Assembly: GCF_002105155.1 (NCBI RefSeq) | Contig: NW_019029006.1 | Coordinates: forward strand, 372,001-436,000 | Length of the DNA stretch: 64,000 bases | Direction of reading: 5' to 3' | Source of the DNA: Lobosporangium transversale | Taxonomy: Eukaryota | Shown: piece after piece, positions 1-11,630 of the stretch | Position numbering within the stretch: the first letter of the stretch is position 1 | Layout of the letters: the number at the start of each line of letters is the position of its first letter | Translations under genes and position numbers: made by a program | The notes under the pieces: generated by a model | The model's input: the letters and a program-made list of their open reading frames with translations, nothing else | Told to the model about the DNA's origin: nothing | The model's database searches: none

Positions 1-1559
1 AGCGGGTCAAAACAAAAAAAAAAAAAAAAAAAAAAAAAAAGATGCAGTGTGGTCTGAGTTGGCTTTTATTCATTTATTTAGTTTTATTAATGTACTTTAT
101 TGTCCCACCATTGATGAGTTCTTCTGAAAACAAAGATCCTCTCAAGAGTGGACACGTACGCCGTTCCGTTCAAGATTAGGCTTTATTGAGGGATGAGCTG
201 CAGTTGTCTCCTCGTGTGTCCCTTATTCTCATTCTCTCTAGTCTATAAGTTTCTAAGCATGCTTTATTTTAGTCCTGACACTAAATAAATGATCATTATT
301 AGAGATGGAAAGATACAGGGACCAGGGACAGAGGCAGGAACAACGACAACAACAATACATTATAGGTCCCATCTCTCTCTCCTTCTCCTTTTCTGTCATC
401 AGTTATCAGTTATAACGTTAAAAGCGAACGTTTTTTATTATATTATATTATTTTATTTTATTTATTTATTTTTGATAACTTGTTTTCTACCATTGGTTTG
501 ACCATGGCCCTGGTCGTTATCCTGCTCCTAATTCTATTTCTATGGTCTTCTGGTCTCTGTCCGGTTGTTGCCAATTGTTCCATCATCACAACTAGATATC
601 TAGTTCTGTTGAGAGGATGTTGACCACTTGGCATGTACCACATTCTTATCTGTGCAGACTATACCTATTATGACCATCCAAGGATAGAACAGATTGTTCA
701 GTCATAGTGTAAAAGTGTAAAGCATAAAGAGGGTAAGGGTAAGAAGAATATGAGAACGAAGAAAACGCTCCCATCCTTGACATGTACAGTAACATGTTAC
801 TGAACCATCTTTATTGTTTGTTTGTTTGTTTGTTTGTTTGCATTAATACTTTTTTTCTGACAATTTTTTTTAGAATACAAACGCACGACTGTTGGAGACA
901 CACATGCCATTCTGTGATTTATTTTAATACATTATTGTTTAAATGTATGCAGTAAACTCTAGTTCTCTAGTCCTCTAGTCCTGGCATCTCCACTTGCTTC
1001 CTTTCCTCCTGCTGTCGTTATCAATCTTGGCTCTCTCTTTTTTTTTTTTTTTTTTTTTTTTTTCCAGCCTTCAAGACGACTATCACACCATTCGGCATTT
1101 CTTTTTCTCTTTTTTATTTTTATTTTTTTTATTTTTTAATCTCTCTCTTTCTCTTTCTCTTTCTCTTCCCTTCGTTCCTTCCCTTTCCTTTCTTCATCTC
1201 TTTCCATCTCCTCCATCATCTCCATCTCATCCTGTCATCCTTCTCTCATCTCATTTCATCTATTTCGCTATTTTTTTTTTTTTTTTTTTTTTTTTCCATT
1301 TTGTTTAGTACTTATCACTCTATTGTCTTATTATAATATTTTATTTACTTTGTGTCCCTTTATAAATTTAATCTCATTATTTATTTATTTTTTTTTGCCC
1401 TGCACACCACGCGAGAACTCTTTCTCTTTCTTTCTCTTACTTCGTCTTTTCCTACATCCTTTACTCGTTTTTTCTTGTCCTGCTGGCCAGGACAATATCA
1501 TTTACTTTTATACTTAATCACTGTTTTACACAACACCCACTCTTCTTTATCACAAGTCA

Positions 1560-2891
1560 ATGACCATGCCACATCGCTCAGAAGACGAGAATACTATCTT
1601 GGTCACTGGCGGCGCCGGTTTCATTGGTTCGCACACTGTCGTTGAACTCTTGTCCCAGAACAAGCGACTGGTCATTATCGATAACCTCTGCAACTCTTCA
1701 GAAGAAGCCCTGCACCGTGCCAAGATCTTGGCTAATAACCGAGGCTCTCTGGTCTTTCACAACGTCGACATTCTTGATGCTCATGCATTGGAACGGGTGT
1801 TTGAACAATATAAATTCTCAGCCTGTATTCACTTTGCGGGATTGAAGGCCGTCGGTGAATCTGCCCAAATTCCATTGGGATACTATCAAACCAATGTTAC
1901 TGGCACTCTTAATGTTATTCAGCTTCTTCAAAAATACAACTGCCGGAACTTCATCTTTTCTTCATCTGCCACTGTCTATGGTTTGCCTATCTCTGATGAG
2001 CCCATCAAGGAGGATGCACCCACTGGAGCGTTGAACCCTTACGGACGCACTAAACAGTACATTGAAGAAATTCTTGTTGACATTGCTGCTAGTGAACCTA
2101 ATATGTGGAACATTGTCCTTCTTCGCTATTTCAACCCTGTTGGTGCTCATGCCTCAGGCTTGATTGGCGAAGATCCCAATGGCATTCCCAACAACCTAAT
2201 GCCTTTTGTTGCTCAAGTCGCCATCGGTCGCCGACCAACTATCAATGTCTTTGGAGCTGATTATGATACAAAAGACGGCACAGGAGTCCGGGACTACATC
2301 CATATTGTGGACTTGGCTAAAGGACATGTCGCTGCCCTGAATAAGATTGATTCCATGGTATCCGCAAAGACTCCTGTGGGTTGTGTAGCTTACAACCTTG
2401 GATCGGGTGTAGGCTACTCTGTCATGGACATGATCCATACCATGTCCAAAGCCGTCGGTCGAGCTCTCCCTTACAAGATTGTTGATAGGAGGAAAGGAGA
2501 TGTCGGTAGTGTGATTGCAGACCCCTCACTGGCAGCCAGGGATCTTGGCTGGAAGGCAGAAAAGACGTTGCAGGACATGTGTGACGATTTGTGGCGCTGG
2601 CAAACACAAAATCCTGATGGTTATGCTTCTATGAATGGAGGATCATCGCCTGGTACACCCACGCCCGCATCACGATCATCTGTTGAAACGCTTCCAACAA
2701 CACTCCTACCCATTATCGCCTCTGTTCCCAAGGCTCCTTTCAAACCCATTGTACTCGACATTAGTGCTAACACAGCACCAACCCTTGTCATGCCCTTCTC
2801 ACCCTCCAGCTCATCATCTAGTTCACCATCCATCTCACCGTCCGTTTCACCAGCTCCAGGACCCACCACCAACACAGCTACAACCTTCTAG
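1560..2891 (+). CDS. galE: UDP-glucose 4-epimerase (GalE/Gal10 epimerase domain) with a Ser/Pro-rich C-terminal extension
   Basis: Intronless 443-aa ORF with ILVTGGAGFIGSH (NAD-binding), FSSSATVYG, YGRTK (YxxxK), LRYFNPVGAH and GTGVRDYIH motifs. Confidence 0.96.
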   Translation: MTMPHRSEDENTILVTGGAGFIGSHTVVELLSQNKRLVIIDNLCNSSEEALHRAKILANNRGSLVFHNVDILDAHALERVFEQYKFSACIHFAGLKAVGESAQIPLGYYQTNVTGTLNVIQLLQKYNCRNFIFSSSATVYGLPISDEPIKEDAPTGALNPYGRTKQYIEEILVDIAASEPNMWNIVLLRYFNPVGAHASGLIGEDPNGIPNNLMPFVAQVAIGRRPTINVFGADYDTKDGTGVRDYIHIVDLAKGHVAALNKIDSMVSAKTPVGCVAYNLGSGVGYSVMDMIHTMSKAVGRALPYKIVDRRKGDVGSVIADPSLAARDLGWKAEKTLQDMCDDLWRWQTQNPDGYASMNGGSSPGTPTPASRSSVETLPTTLLPIIASVPKAPFKPIVLDISANTAPTLVMPFSPSSSSSSSPSISPSVSPAPGPTTNTATTF

Positions 2892-4095
2892 AATCTTTGG
2901 AATCTTTGGAATTCTTTGAAAAAATGAGTCTTGGCGAGAAATAATCAAGAAATAGGGTGATATGATGACTGCCTTGGCTGAGACAACAAATAGAAATCCA
3001 TTATCGACTCTCTCTTTCTCTCTCTTCTTGACCCTGCTTATCAATCATGAAATAACAAGACAATTTAGAAAAAATAGAAAGAAAAAAGAAAAAAGAGAAA
3101 AGAGAAAAAAAAAGGAATATGGGAACTATTCAATAGACGCAATTAGATCTTTATTTAATGTCTATAGACTTCATGTTGCGCACGTATTCATTCACACAAT
3201 CTACTCAGTTCGCCAGGCTTTTAAAAAGATAGAACCCTTCTTACCCAGCATTTGTCATTAATCGCTTTCATACCAATAATATTATTCTACTAATAATAAT
3301 AGCACTAGTAAAAACATAACCAACATGATCATGATTTTTTTTTTTTTTTGATTTGATTATCAATGGTAAATATATATATATATATATATACATGAATATC
3401 CTTTCTAGATGCGGAGATGACAGTTGATACTCTCCCCTCCCCCCCCCCCGCTTGATCCAGCTTGGCTTTTTTTTTTAAAAAAAACCCCTTTTCTCTTTAC
3501 AGTTTCCCTACTTGCTTGTCTCCTTAAATTTGGTGGTTTTTTTATTTTATTTTTTTTATTTTTTCTGCCGACTGTAGTCATATAATACATAGAGTGAAGG
3601 GAACAGGGAAGGGGGGGAGGGTTGGTTAGAATAAGTTGTTAGTCTCAGTCTGGCGATAAAAATAGAATGACAAATATAAAATAACTGTTATCGTTTTTTT
3701 TTTTTTTTTTTTTTTTTTACGAAATCATTGGATTCTGATTAAAAAATGTTTATATTATATATATTATCTGAAATAAATAATAGAATAGAATGGGCAAAAT
3801 GGGACTTTTAAGGAAAGCCCTGACTTAGTGGCGCACGGTTTTTTTTCTTGTCTACATCGTACTGGACAATAATGATAATAAATGTGCTTAGTGTGAATGT
3901 TATTCACATTTTCCTTTGACTTTTTGGCTTCGCCCACCCATGTTTTAAATCATCGATTGTGCACGGCCAATTTCTCTCATATCCTCGTCACGCCAATATA
4001 AGAGCATTAAAGTGTCTGTGCAAACATCCTCTGCATTCTTTTTTTTTCGATTTATTTTATTTTTTCTTAAAAGTTTAGACTACAAGTAATGAGAA

Positions 4096-6480
4096 TCATG
4101 GCGTCCGGGGTGGAAAAGGTCCTGTCGAAAAGCGAGTAGAGGACACAGGTGGTGGAGAGGGGAACGATCGTAGGAGCGCAGAGTTGGATCGGTCCCCTCC
4201 TTCGCTACCACTATTACTAATGGACTGCAGAGGTGGTGGTGGAGGCAGTGGAAGGAAATCCTTTTCGTTTAAACTCTCTTCAGTACTTGAAGAGGAGGAG
4301 GCCATGGTAACCGCATGTTGGTCCGAGAATGGATTCATGTCCAGGAGAATCTCGTTTGAATCAAACGTCTGGAAGGGATCGTTCGTTGACGTCAATGACG
4401 GTGTGGCACTTGTTCGCCAACTGGGGGTCGTGGCCGTGGTCATGGTTTGGGATCGTCCACCCAGGCCCAAAGCTCCATCATAAGCAACCCCGTCCACAGT
4501 GCTCATGGTCGGGTTTTGGCGGTAGTAATGGCTGTAGTAGGCCATCTGCCGCTCTTCGCTCCGAAGGGACTTGATATTGAGATGATCGAGATATTCCGCA
4601 TTGATTGAGGCCCGGAAGCCGGGATGGCGATGCCAACTTTCATTATCGGTCAAGGAACCTCCTGTCTGGAGACTGGTCAAGCTCATCGACATGGATCGCC
4701 GAAGATATCCGTTGATCGAATTCATCGTATTTCGATAGTGGCGCTTGATAGGGCCTTCTTTGGTCAAGGGTAATGACCCAGTGCCGGAAGAAGCATCAAA
4801 GCTCATGATGTCTGCTTTCCGAGATTGGGAAGAGAAGGAGGGGCTACGGTACTGATTGTTTCCGGATACAGACCCCTCTTCATGATACTGCCTGGATGGA
4901 GGATGCCCCTCAAGGAGGCGCTCAGCCCGAGCAGCCATGGACGCTACCCAGTATTGCCGTACGACCGAAGAAGTTTCGTGGCTTGATCGCATCGAAGACA
5001 TTGTAAAGTCATCATCCGAGTACATGTACGAGTTCGAAGCTGACTTGCGCCAGGATGGACGGCCCAAGTATGCGTCTGCTGGGTAGATAAGGCTGGAATT
5101 CCGATCACGAGAATCACTCTTACTTCCAACCTCACTTGAGTATTTCTCTGAGGAACCCGCCTCAGAGATATCAAGTTGTTGACTTTTACGGTACTTGGCT
5201 ACAGCAGCAGCTACTTCACTATTGTAAGAATCTTGATCGCGTACAGCAGAATGCCTGTCGTCACCTTCGAATTTACCATGCTCATGGTTCTCATCGTCAT
5301 CTTCTTCTTCCCGCATCAGGTAGAAATCACGTTCACTTTGGTCTTTGCCTGAGCCCTTCATACGAAGACCTTGGATCCTTAATCTCTCTTTCATACTGCG
5401 ACCGTTTCCATACCTGCCATTACCATGCCCCCGTCGCCTCTGACGCCGCCGCCTCAAGACTAGCAATGAGATGATGGCGATAAGGGCAGCTGCAGCAGCG
5501 ATGCTTACGAATGTCGCCGTCATGCCCTTGACATTACTGGGACCACCAACGCTGCCACCGTTCACGTCATTCACATTACCGCCGTGGCCGCCTCCTGAAC
5601 CTGTACCGGTAACATCATCGTCTTTACCAGCGCCACTCGGCAGTGGAGGGAGTGGGGGCAGTGGAGTAAAAGGAAATGGGGAAGATGTAGTAGTGGGTGT
5701 TGATGAGGCGCCAGAAGTAGATGTCAAATGTATGGTTGATGTAGGAGAAGGATGGTTAGAAATGGATGGTGGTGTGGCTACTGGAGGTTTTGTCGCGGGC
5801 GGAGGTTGAGTCGGCGGATTGGACGTGACGACATTAGGCTTTGTTGTGGTTGGTTGTGGTTGTGGAGGAGGCTCAACTGCAACTGGATTCATGGTGAAGT
5901 AACATGCGGTATCATCACGGCTTGTGGATCCTTTGTTGACGGCGACTAAACGGATGGCGACGTCCCTAGCATAGGGGCCGCAATCTGGGACAGAGAACTG
6001 ATACTCCCCATTTGCGGCGACAAGCCCTCGGTTTTGAAACAACGTCGCGGCGGTCCTCCACATACCACCCTGGGAGCCTTGGTTATCCATACAGTATAGA
6101 GTAGCCGAAAGAGTGTCATAGTTATCGAGATCGCTATTAGATGCCTGCCAGGCCAAGACAGAGACTTGCCCTGGCTGGACCTTGGTATTGTATGTAGGAT
6201 TTGTGCATGAAACAGCCTCTACAAGGTAATGATTGGATAGATAAGGAGAATGGAGTGAGGCAAGGAAGACAAAAAGTGTGGAGAATGTAGAGAATAAGTG
6301 ACCTAGACGCCGGCGTGAGACATGTCGTGGGCGTGAAAGTGATGACATTGATAATGATGATAATGATGATGAAGACGAAGGTGAGGATGGCGTTGATGAT
6401 GTTTGGGATCGTGAATTGGTCATAAACTGTAGAGAGGTGAGATGGAGGAATAGTGGCACCATTGGGCCATTTGGTGCCAT
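4096..6480 (-). CDS. Single-pass cell-surface protein (mucin/sensor-like architecture)
   Basis: 794-aa ORF: hydrophobic signal-like segment, Cys-containing ectodomain, Pro/Thr/Ser-rich stalk, TM helix (FVSIAAAAALIAIISLLVL) followed by RRRRQRRR, then a long Ser-rich cytoplasmic tail. The start codon is uncertain. Confidence 0.75.
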   Translation of the reverse strand: MAPNGPMVPLFLHLTSLQFMTNSRSQTSSTPSSPSSSSSLSSLSMSSLSRPRHVSRRRLGHLFSTFSTLFVFLASLHSPYLSNHYLVEAVSCTNPTYNTKVQPGQVSVLAWQASNSDLDNYDTLSATLYCMDNQGSQGGMWRTAATLFQNRGLVAANGEYQFSVPDCGPYARDVAIRLVAVNKGSTSRDDTACYFTMNPVAVEPPPQPQPTTTKPNVVTSNPPTQPPPATKPPVATPPSISNHPSPTSTIHLTSTSGASSTPTTTSSPFPFTPLPPLPPLPSGAGKDDDVTGTGSGGGHGGNVNDVNGGSVGGPSNVKGMTATFVSIAAAAALIAIISLLVLRRRRQRRRGHGNGRYGNGRSMKERLRIQGLRMKGSGKDQSERDFYLMREEEDDDENHEHGKFEGDDRHSAVRDQDSYNSEVAAAVAKYRKSQQLDISEAGSSEKYSSEVGSKSDSRDRNSSLIYPADAYLGRPSWRKSASNSYMYSDDDFTMSSMRSSHETSSVVRQYWVASMAARAERLLEGHPPSRQYHEEGSVSGNNQYRSPSFSSQSRKADIMSFDASSGTGSLPLTKEGPIKRHYRNTMNSINGYLRRSMSMSLTSLQTGGSLTDNESWHRHPGFRASINAEYLDHLNIKSLRSEERQMAYYSHYYRQNPTMSTVDGVAYDGALGLGGRSQTMTTATTPSWRTSATPSLTSTNDPFQTFDSNEILLDMNPFSDQHAVTMASSSSSTEESLNEKDFLPLPPPPPLQSISNSGSEGGDRSNSALLRSFPSPPPVSSTRFSTGPFPPRTP

Positions 6481-9400
6481 TGTGAATGATATGCACTTGG
6501 GCTAGTACGCGGGAAATTCGTTGTCAATGCTGTATTAAAAAAAAACAAAATAACTATAATAAAGAGAAGGAATTCAGGGGTAGAAAGGGAAGAGAGGGAA
6601 GCCTTGAGTTGGTCGGGTGAGAATGAGGGACAGGAATGAGATTCCTCCGAATAGGAATGAATGAAGAGAGAAAATAAAAAAATAAATAGAAAAGACAACC
6701 TGAAATGAGAGAGAAAAGGTAAATGGAGAGCAGAAGGATAGAAGAACTGGAGAAGAGTAAAAATGAAGGAAAAGAAAGAAAAAAGGAAGAGTGACTGAAG
6801 AGCTTGTCAAGAAACTTTGGTGCCGAAGGTCTAAGGTTCAGGAGAGGAATGATGCTGCATTCTGTGGATTGACAATCTAACAACCTGATTGGCATCAAGA
6901 TTCAGCTGCTATGTCCATATGCTTGTGATACGAGATATCGGGGGTTAGGGACAATGCGCCAGCGCCTTTCGGGCACATAGCCCAGCATCGACCACTTGAC
7001 CACTTGAACCATGAGCTACGAGTCAAAGACAGAATGACAAGGAAAGGGAGCGAAGGGGCGGATCCATCGCCGAACCATTGTGATCGAGAATCAAAGTAAA
7101 GTGTGCAGGGCTAATTCTCTTCCTTCACAAACCTGTTAGCAACAGCGCAGACTGAGCATAGGGGAAAAAAGAAAAGCCCTTTGTTTGTTTTCTTTATGCT
7201 GTACATTCAATGCTCTTATTCAATCCTGCCTCTGGATGAATAACATTCATTACTTTCTCTATTACGATATAGTTATCAATTCATATTTGTGGATTTGATT
7301 GGACAAGTTGACATGCTTGCGATCTTTCTGATCGCTTATCGCGAAGGCGGTCGGTGAGCCCTTGTGCAACATGGCGACCTAAACAATGCATTTCAGAGTT
7401 CATCTCTCTTCTCCATGCATATATATATTTTCTTGCTCGTTAGAAATTCCATTCAAAGCATAAAAAGTGGCGTAAAAAAAAAAAACAAAAAACTAAAACT
7501 CAATTGACCCAAATCTAGACTCGTAATGTTTCTTGAATACAAGTAGAAAGTGGAGGAGTTTAATAATGACCCCTCACCATTATCTCTCAGTCGAAATTCA
7601 ATCTCCAATGCCAGCTTTACATGGTCGCTGTCTCCGAGGGAAATAGGTCTAGATTAAGGTAGAGGATAGGCTTTAATTCACTCCCAAAACCGGAGAATGA
7701 AGAATTATGTTCTCAATTCTTTGGAGTTGAAAAAACGCGTTCTTGGACAATAAATAAGGTATATATGCATCATAATCGCAGAGAAATTAAGTGAGCCCTG
7801 CTCCTCCCATTTTTTTCTCCGTCCCTCGCTCTTCCTCCACATCATTGTTTATATCTTTTGTGTATGAATATGTCTAGCTTGACCAGGAGACTCAGTATTC
7901 TGGAAATATTTTATGATAATGATGATTATAATGACAATCAAGGTCAAGGGCGATCAGGGTTAAGGTCAGGACTAGGAAATCTGAATTGAAAGGGCCATAA
8001 TCAAAGACAAGATCAAGATCAAGGGTCCTCTATTTTCTTTCTTTTGTTGACCTCAAATCTGAGGAATGAAATGCATAGTTTGCAATCCATTTGTTTACGC
8101 AGCATCTCGTAATCGAATCTTTGCCTTAATATATTAAATCATCGCCATTTCAACAGGGACTATTAATTGATGAACAACAACAATAAAAATAACCGTAAAT
8201 AAATAAATCTGCGTTCCCTTCGGCATCTAGGCATTTAGAGAACGCGTCCTTTTACGCTATCCATTCATGGATATGTCAAAACTGCACCATCCTAAAACTA
8301 ACACACACATATATATATATACATAAAAAAAGAGCTTAAGGAAGGGACCTTAAATTATGTAGCTCTTCTAGAAGGGTGTAGCTTTTAGCATGCACCTCAT
8401 AATTCAAGACAATACATGTGCCAATAGTGTATCCTGGATTTTTTTCAAAGGATAGGATAACTTCATGCATTGATGTAGTAAAGTGTGGGTTACTTATAAA
8501 TGTGTTCTGTAGTATGCTCCGCCACGCTGTCAAGTTCTCTTCATTTCTATTTCACAAGTATATACTGTGGGCATCCTTCGGCCTACACCCTCAACCATGT
8601 CCAATTTAATTTACAGATCTAGCAAAAGCGTGTTGTGTCGGCTCCTTTCAAATCCATACTTTTATAAATGTACGGCGACCACGGCTTTGTATCTATCTAT
8701 TGTTTCGTCTTCTTATCGAATTGCAATACAAAACCTTTCAACAAGAAAAGGATATTATATCCTTATTTTTATGGTCTTATTGACAATCCCAATCGGTGAT
8801 CGGGATATGTTTACATATTTCCAAAGTACATTTACAACATCCCCTCTGGTCAGCTGCACCATGTTGTGCATCGCCCAGGCTAAGAAAAGAAGTAAAAACA
8901 AATGACGGTTTATATTTCATTTTGTGGATGTATGCATGACACGACATTACAGTTACATGAAAGAGCTGGATGACTATGAACCGCTTCGTTTCTCCGCTGA
9001 AATGCTCATTAAACTTCCATGGTATCCAAGAGGACTCTAAGACAGAAAACAAAAGTGATGTGAAGACAGAAAGCTCCGACGCGTCTTAATTGCAAGCTCA
9101 TCGGCTTTGCTGCATCATCATGTCATCTGGTTGGCATGGCTCTTGATAAAAAATAAAAAATAATAAAAAAAAAAAGACCTTGGTCAGGGTCACCGCTCAC
9201 CGTTGCCATTGTACATATATTTCCTCTCTAGGAGATTGCGGCGGTGCAGTCCATCCTTTCTAGACCTGAAAGGTGGCATCTTTCATGTCATAAATGTGAG
9301 CCATGAACAATGAACAAATAAAAGATCAAGTCTTTTTTTCTATTTTGCTCATTATTTCCTCTGGTTTTCTGATCACGCCTTTCATTGGAGGAGATGAGCT

Positions 9401-9833
9401 TTAAACATTACTGTCACAGGCAACCTTTTAAAAAAAAAAAAAAAAAAAAAAAAAGCAAAAGCAAAACCATAGATCCTCTAGTAGATTACAAGTAATAGTT
9501 GCAATAGGGGAAGAGGACACGCCGATGATATACACGAATCAGCTATTTTGACTTTCCCATGAATCATTAATTTAATATACATTTTAATTACAGCAGTATA
9601 TGAAGCTGAATCACCTGTTTTTCAATCCCCTACCACGGAACTCAAGTTTACTTTTTCGTTTTGTCAACGCGTCGCTAGCCAAGCAGTATTTTAAAAAGGT
9701 GTTTCTCTGTGAAACTTCTATGCAATCATCAGCTATATCGTTCGCCTTGTTTTTGAATATTTACTGAGTTTTATTATAGTACAAGGCTTTGATTTTCACA
9801 ATCATATGGAGATATGTCTTTTTTTTCTTGGTA

Positions 9834-9999
9834 TTATTGGCCCTTGCTCTTAGCCTCATAATCAAGCCAACTTCCAGAGTAGTTGCGTACACCATTGTAT
9901 CCCTGTCCCTTTGCATAGTCGAATGCCATCCCTGAGCGTCTTCCTGATCTGCAATAGAAGATAACCTCATCGTCCTTGCCAAACTTTTTAAATCCTATT

Positions 10000-10030
<31 letters not shown>

Positions 10031-10890
10031 TTTAGTCAAACGTCTTTATATTTGAGAGTCCACGTGCACATGACGACCTCATTGAGCTCTGAGGCATTCA
10101 TCTTTTTTTGTCAATCCGAAACTCTATCCAAAAATGTCTGGTGTACATATTCCTTTCCCACGGATAGAGAAAGAAAAATAAATTCTCCTCTCCTTATTAA
10201 AACGTAATATCCTTCTTAAGCCCTGAGTCATATTTCCTCCCCTTGATACTATTGTTTTTTGAGCAATAAAAAAAGTCTCCATGGTGTAAAAGAAATCCTA
10301 GTTTCCGATCCCGTGATCCTGCGCCTTTTCCTTTGACAGTCCATTTTCTAGCGCCATACTTGATATATATCCTTCCCGAATTTATATCGTCCTCATGTAT
10401 ACGAAGAATGAAACAGAAAAAGTACAAAATAAAGAGTTGGAAGAAATTGTCCCTATCTTTTTTTTTTTTTTTTTTTTTTTATTTCACTCACCATATCGAT
10501 GCTCAAACTCTTTGTCAGGCAATGAAAGAGCTTCTTGGATGTTAGCCAATGGGACATGATGGGAGGTAGGAATAACACCCTGAGCGACTTCATTCGCGTC
10601 GCGAACATCGATCAATACTACATTCTATATTGGAAATAAATAGAATGATTTTTTTTAATGTCAATAATAAATCTAAACGTCTAAAGATATTATTTTGTCA
10701 TGATCCTTTTTTTTTTTACCTTATCCTTCTTCTTGATTAGACTATCAATCTCTTCAAAAGTGACCACTTCAGGTTTCTGTGAGGTTTTGACAGAGAATTG
10801 GGCCCGGCGAAGCGCAGTCATCGAGCGTGGAGCAAACTGACGCGAAGTTTGGTAGAGCGCAGGGATAGCCAATGAAGTGAAGGAAGGCAT
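9834..10890 (-). CDS. Single-domain rhodanese/thiosulfate sulfurtransferase, probably mitochondrial (3 exons)
   Basis: Exons about 10890-10720, 10624-10492 and 9994-9834 splice to ...VVLIDVRDANEVAQGVIP...VIFYCRSGRRS...VRNYSGSWLDYE. The active-site loop is CRSGRR, and the N-terminus is an Arg/Ser-rich presequence. Confidence 0.9.
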
Positions 10891-11299
10891 ACTGTATTAT
10901 TTTGCAAGCTATATGTATTAACAAAGATACGTATGAGGAAGGAAGACTTGATGAATTTAAGAAAGAGATTGAGAATGAGAATGAAAGAGGGATGTAGTTA
11001 ATGTTTGATGAACAATGGGTGAAAAAAAGAAGGTATAGGTGTGAAAGGAGCTTGATTTCTTTTAAAAGACTTGATGCAATATGCGAGTGGAATGTCGCAC
11101 CCTGCACTCCGTTATTTCGATCTCCAGTCAAATTTCGCCCTGATAGAATTGCGCCATAGGACAGTCACTAGGGAATAGGACGTATGCCTGAATTAGAAAG
11201 CTCAGTCCATACTCGATTTTATGAATTTATGATCAACTTACACGAGATGATAGATCATCTCACACAAGTAAAATCCACAGCAATGATGAGTTTGTAACA

Positions 11300-11630
11300 G
11301 TAGCATATATTATATAAATCTTCGGAGGATCGTCCACGTTTTTCAGGATAAGGCTGCATAGAGAAACGCAACAGACTAACAAAAAACGTCGGGTGCTTTC
11401 ATGACCTACAATAATCACCTCAAAACCAGTTCTAATTATATCACCTTGGAGAGTTAAGGAAAACAAAGGCATTGCAGGTTTAAGTAAAAGCTATCAGCTA
11501 TCTGTTGATCTGTACGGTTTTTAAGTTAGTCCAGAAATTCAGGGGCAAAAGATTAGAGAGGATACAGGGGACGAAAATAAACAGAACTTACAAATTTTTT
11601 GTGGGTGTGCCGGTACCCAAATACTTGTGT
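11300..11630 (-). ncRNA. Candidate omega-RNA (guide scaffold) region of the Fanzor-like gene
   Basis: It lies directly 3' of the stop codon, where TnpB/Fanzor guides are encoded. A nested stem is present: ACGTTTTT (11336-11343) with AAAAACGT (11382-11389), and an inner UGCGU/AUGCA pair on the minus strand. Boundaries are a guess. Confidence 0.3.

Noticed and set aside
289..1517. Phe/Lys-rich short ORFs here and in other intergenic regions
   Set aside because: They are translations of poly-T/poly-A and microsatellite tracts.
8560..9040. Possible small gene or pseudogene fragments (e.g. YMKELDDYEPLRFSAEMLIKLPWYPRGL)
   Set aside because: I could not build a consistent spliced model or recognise a family.
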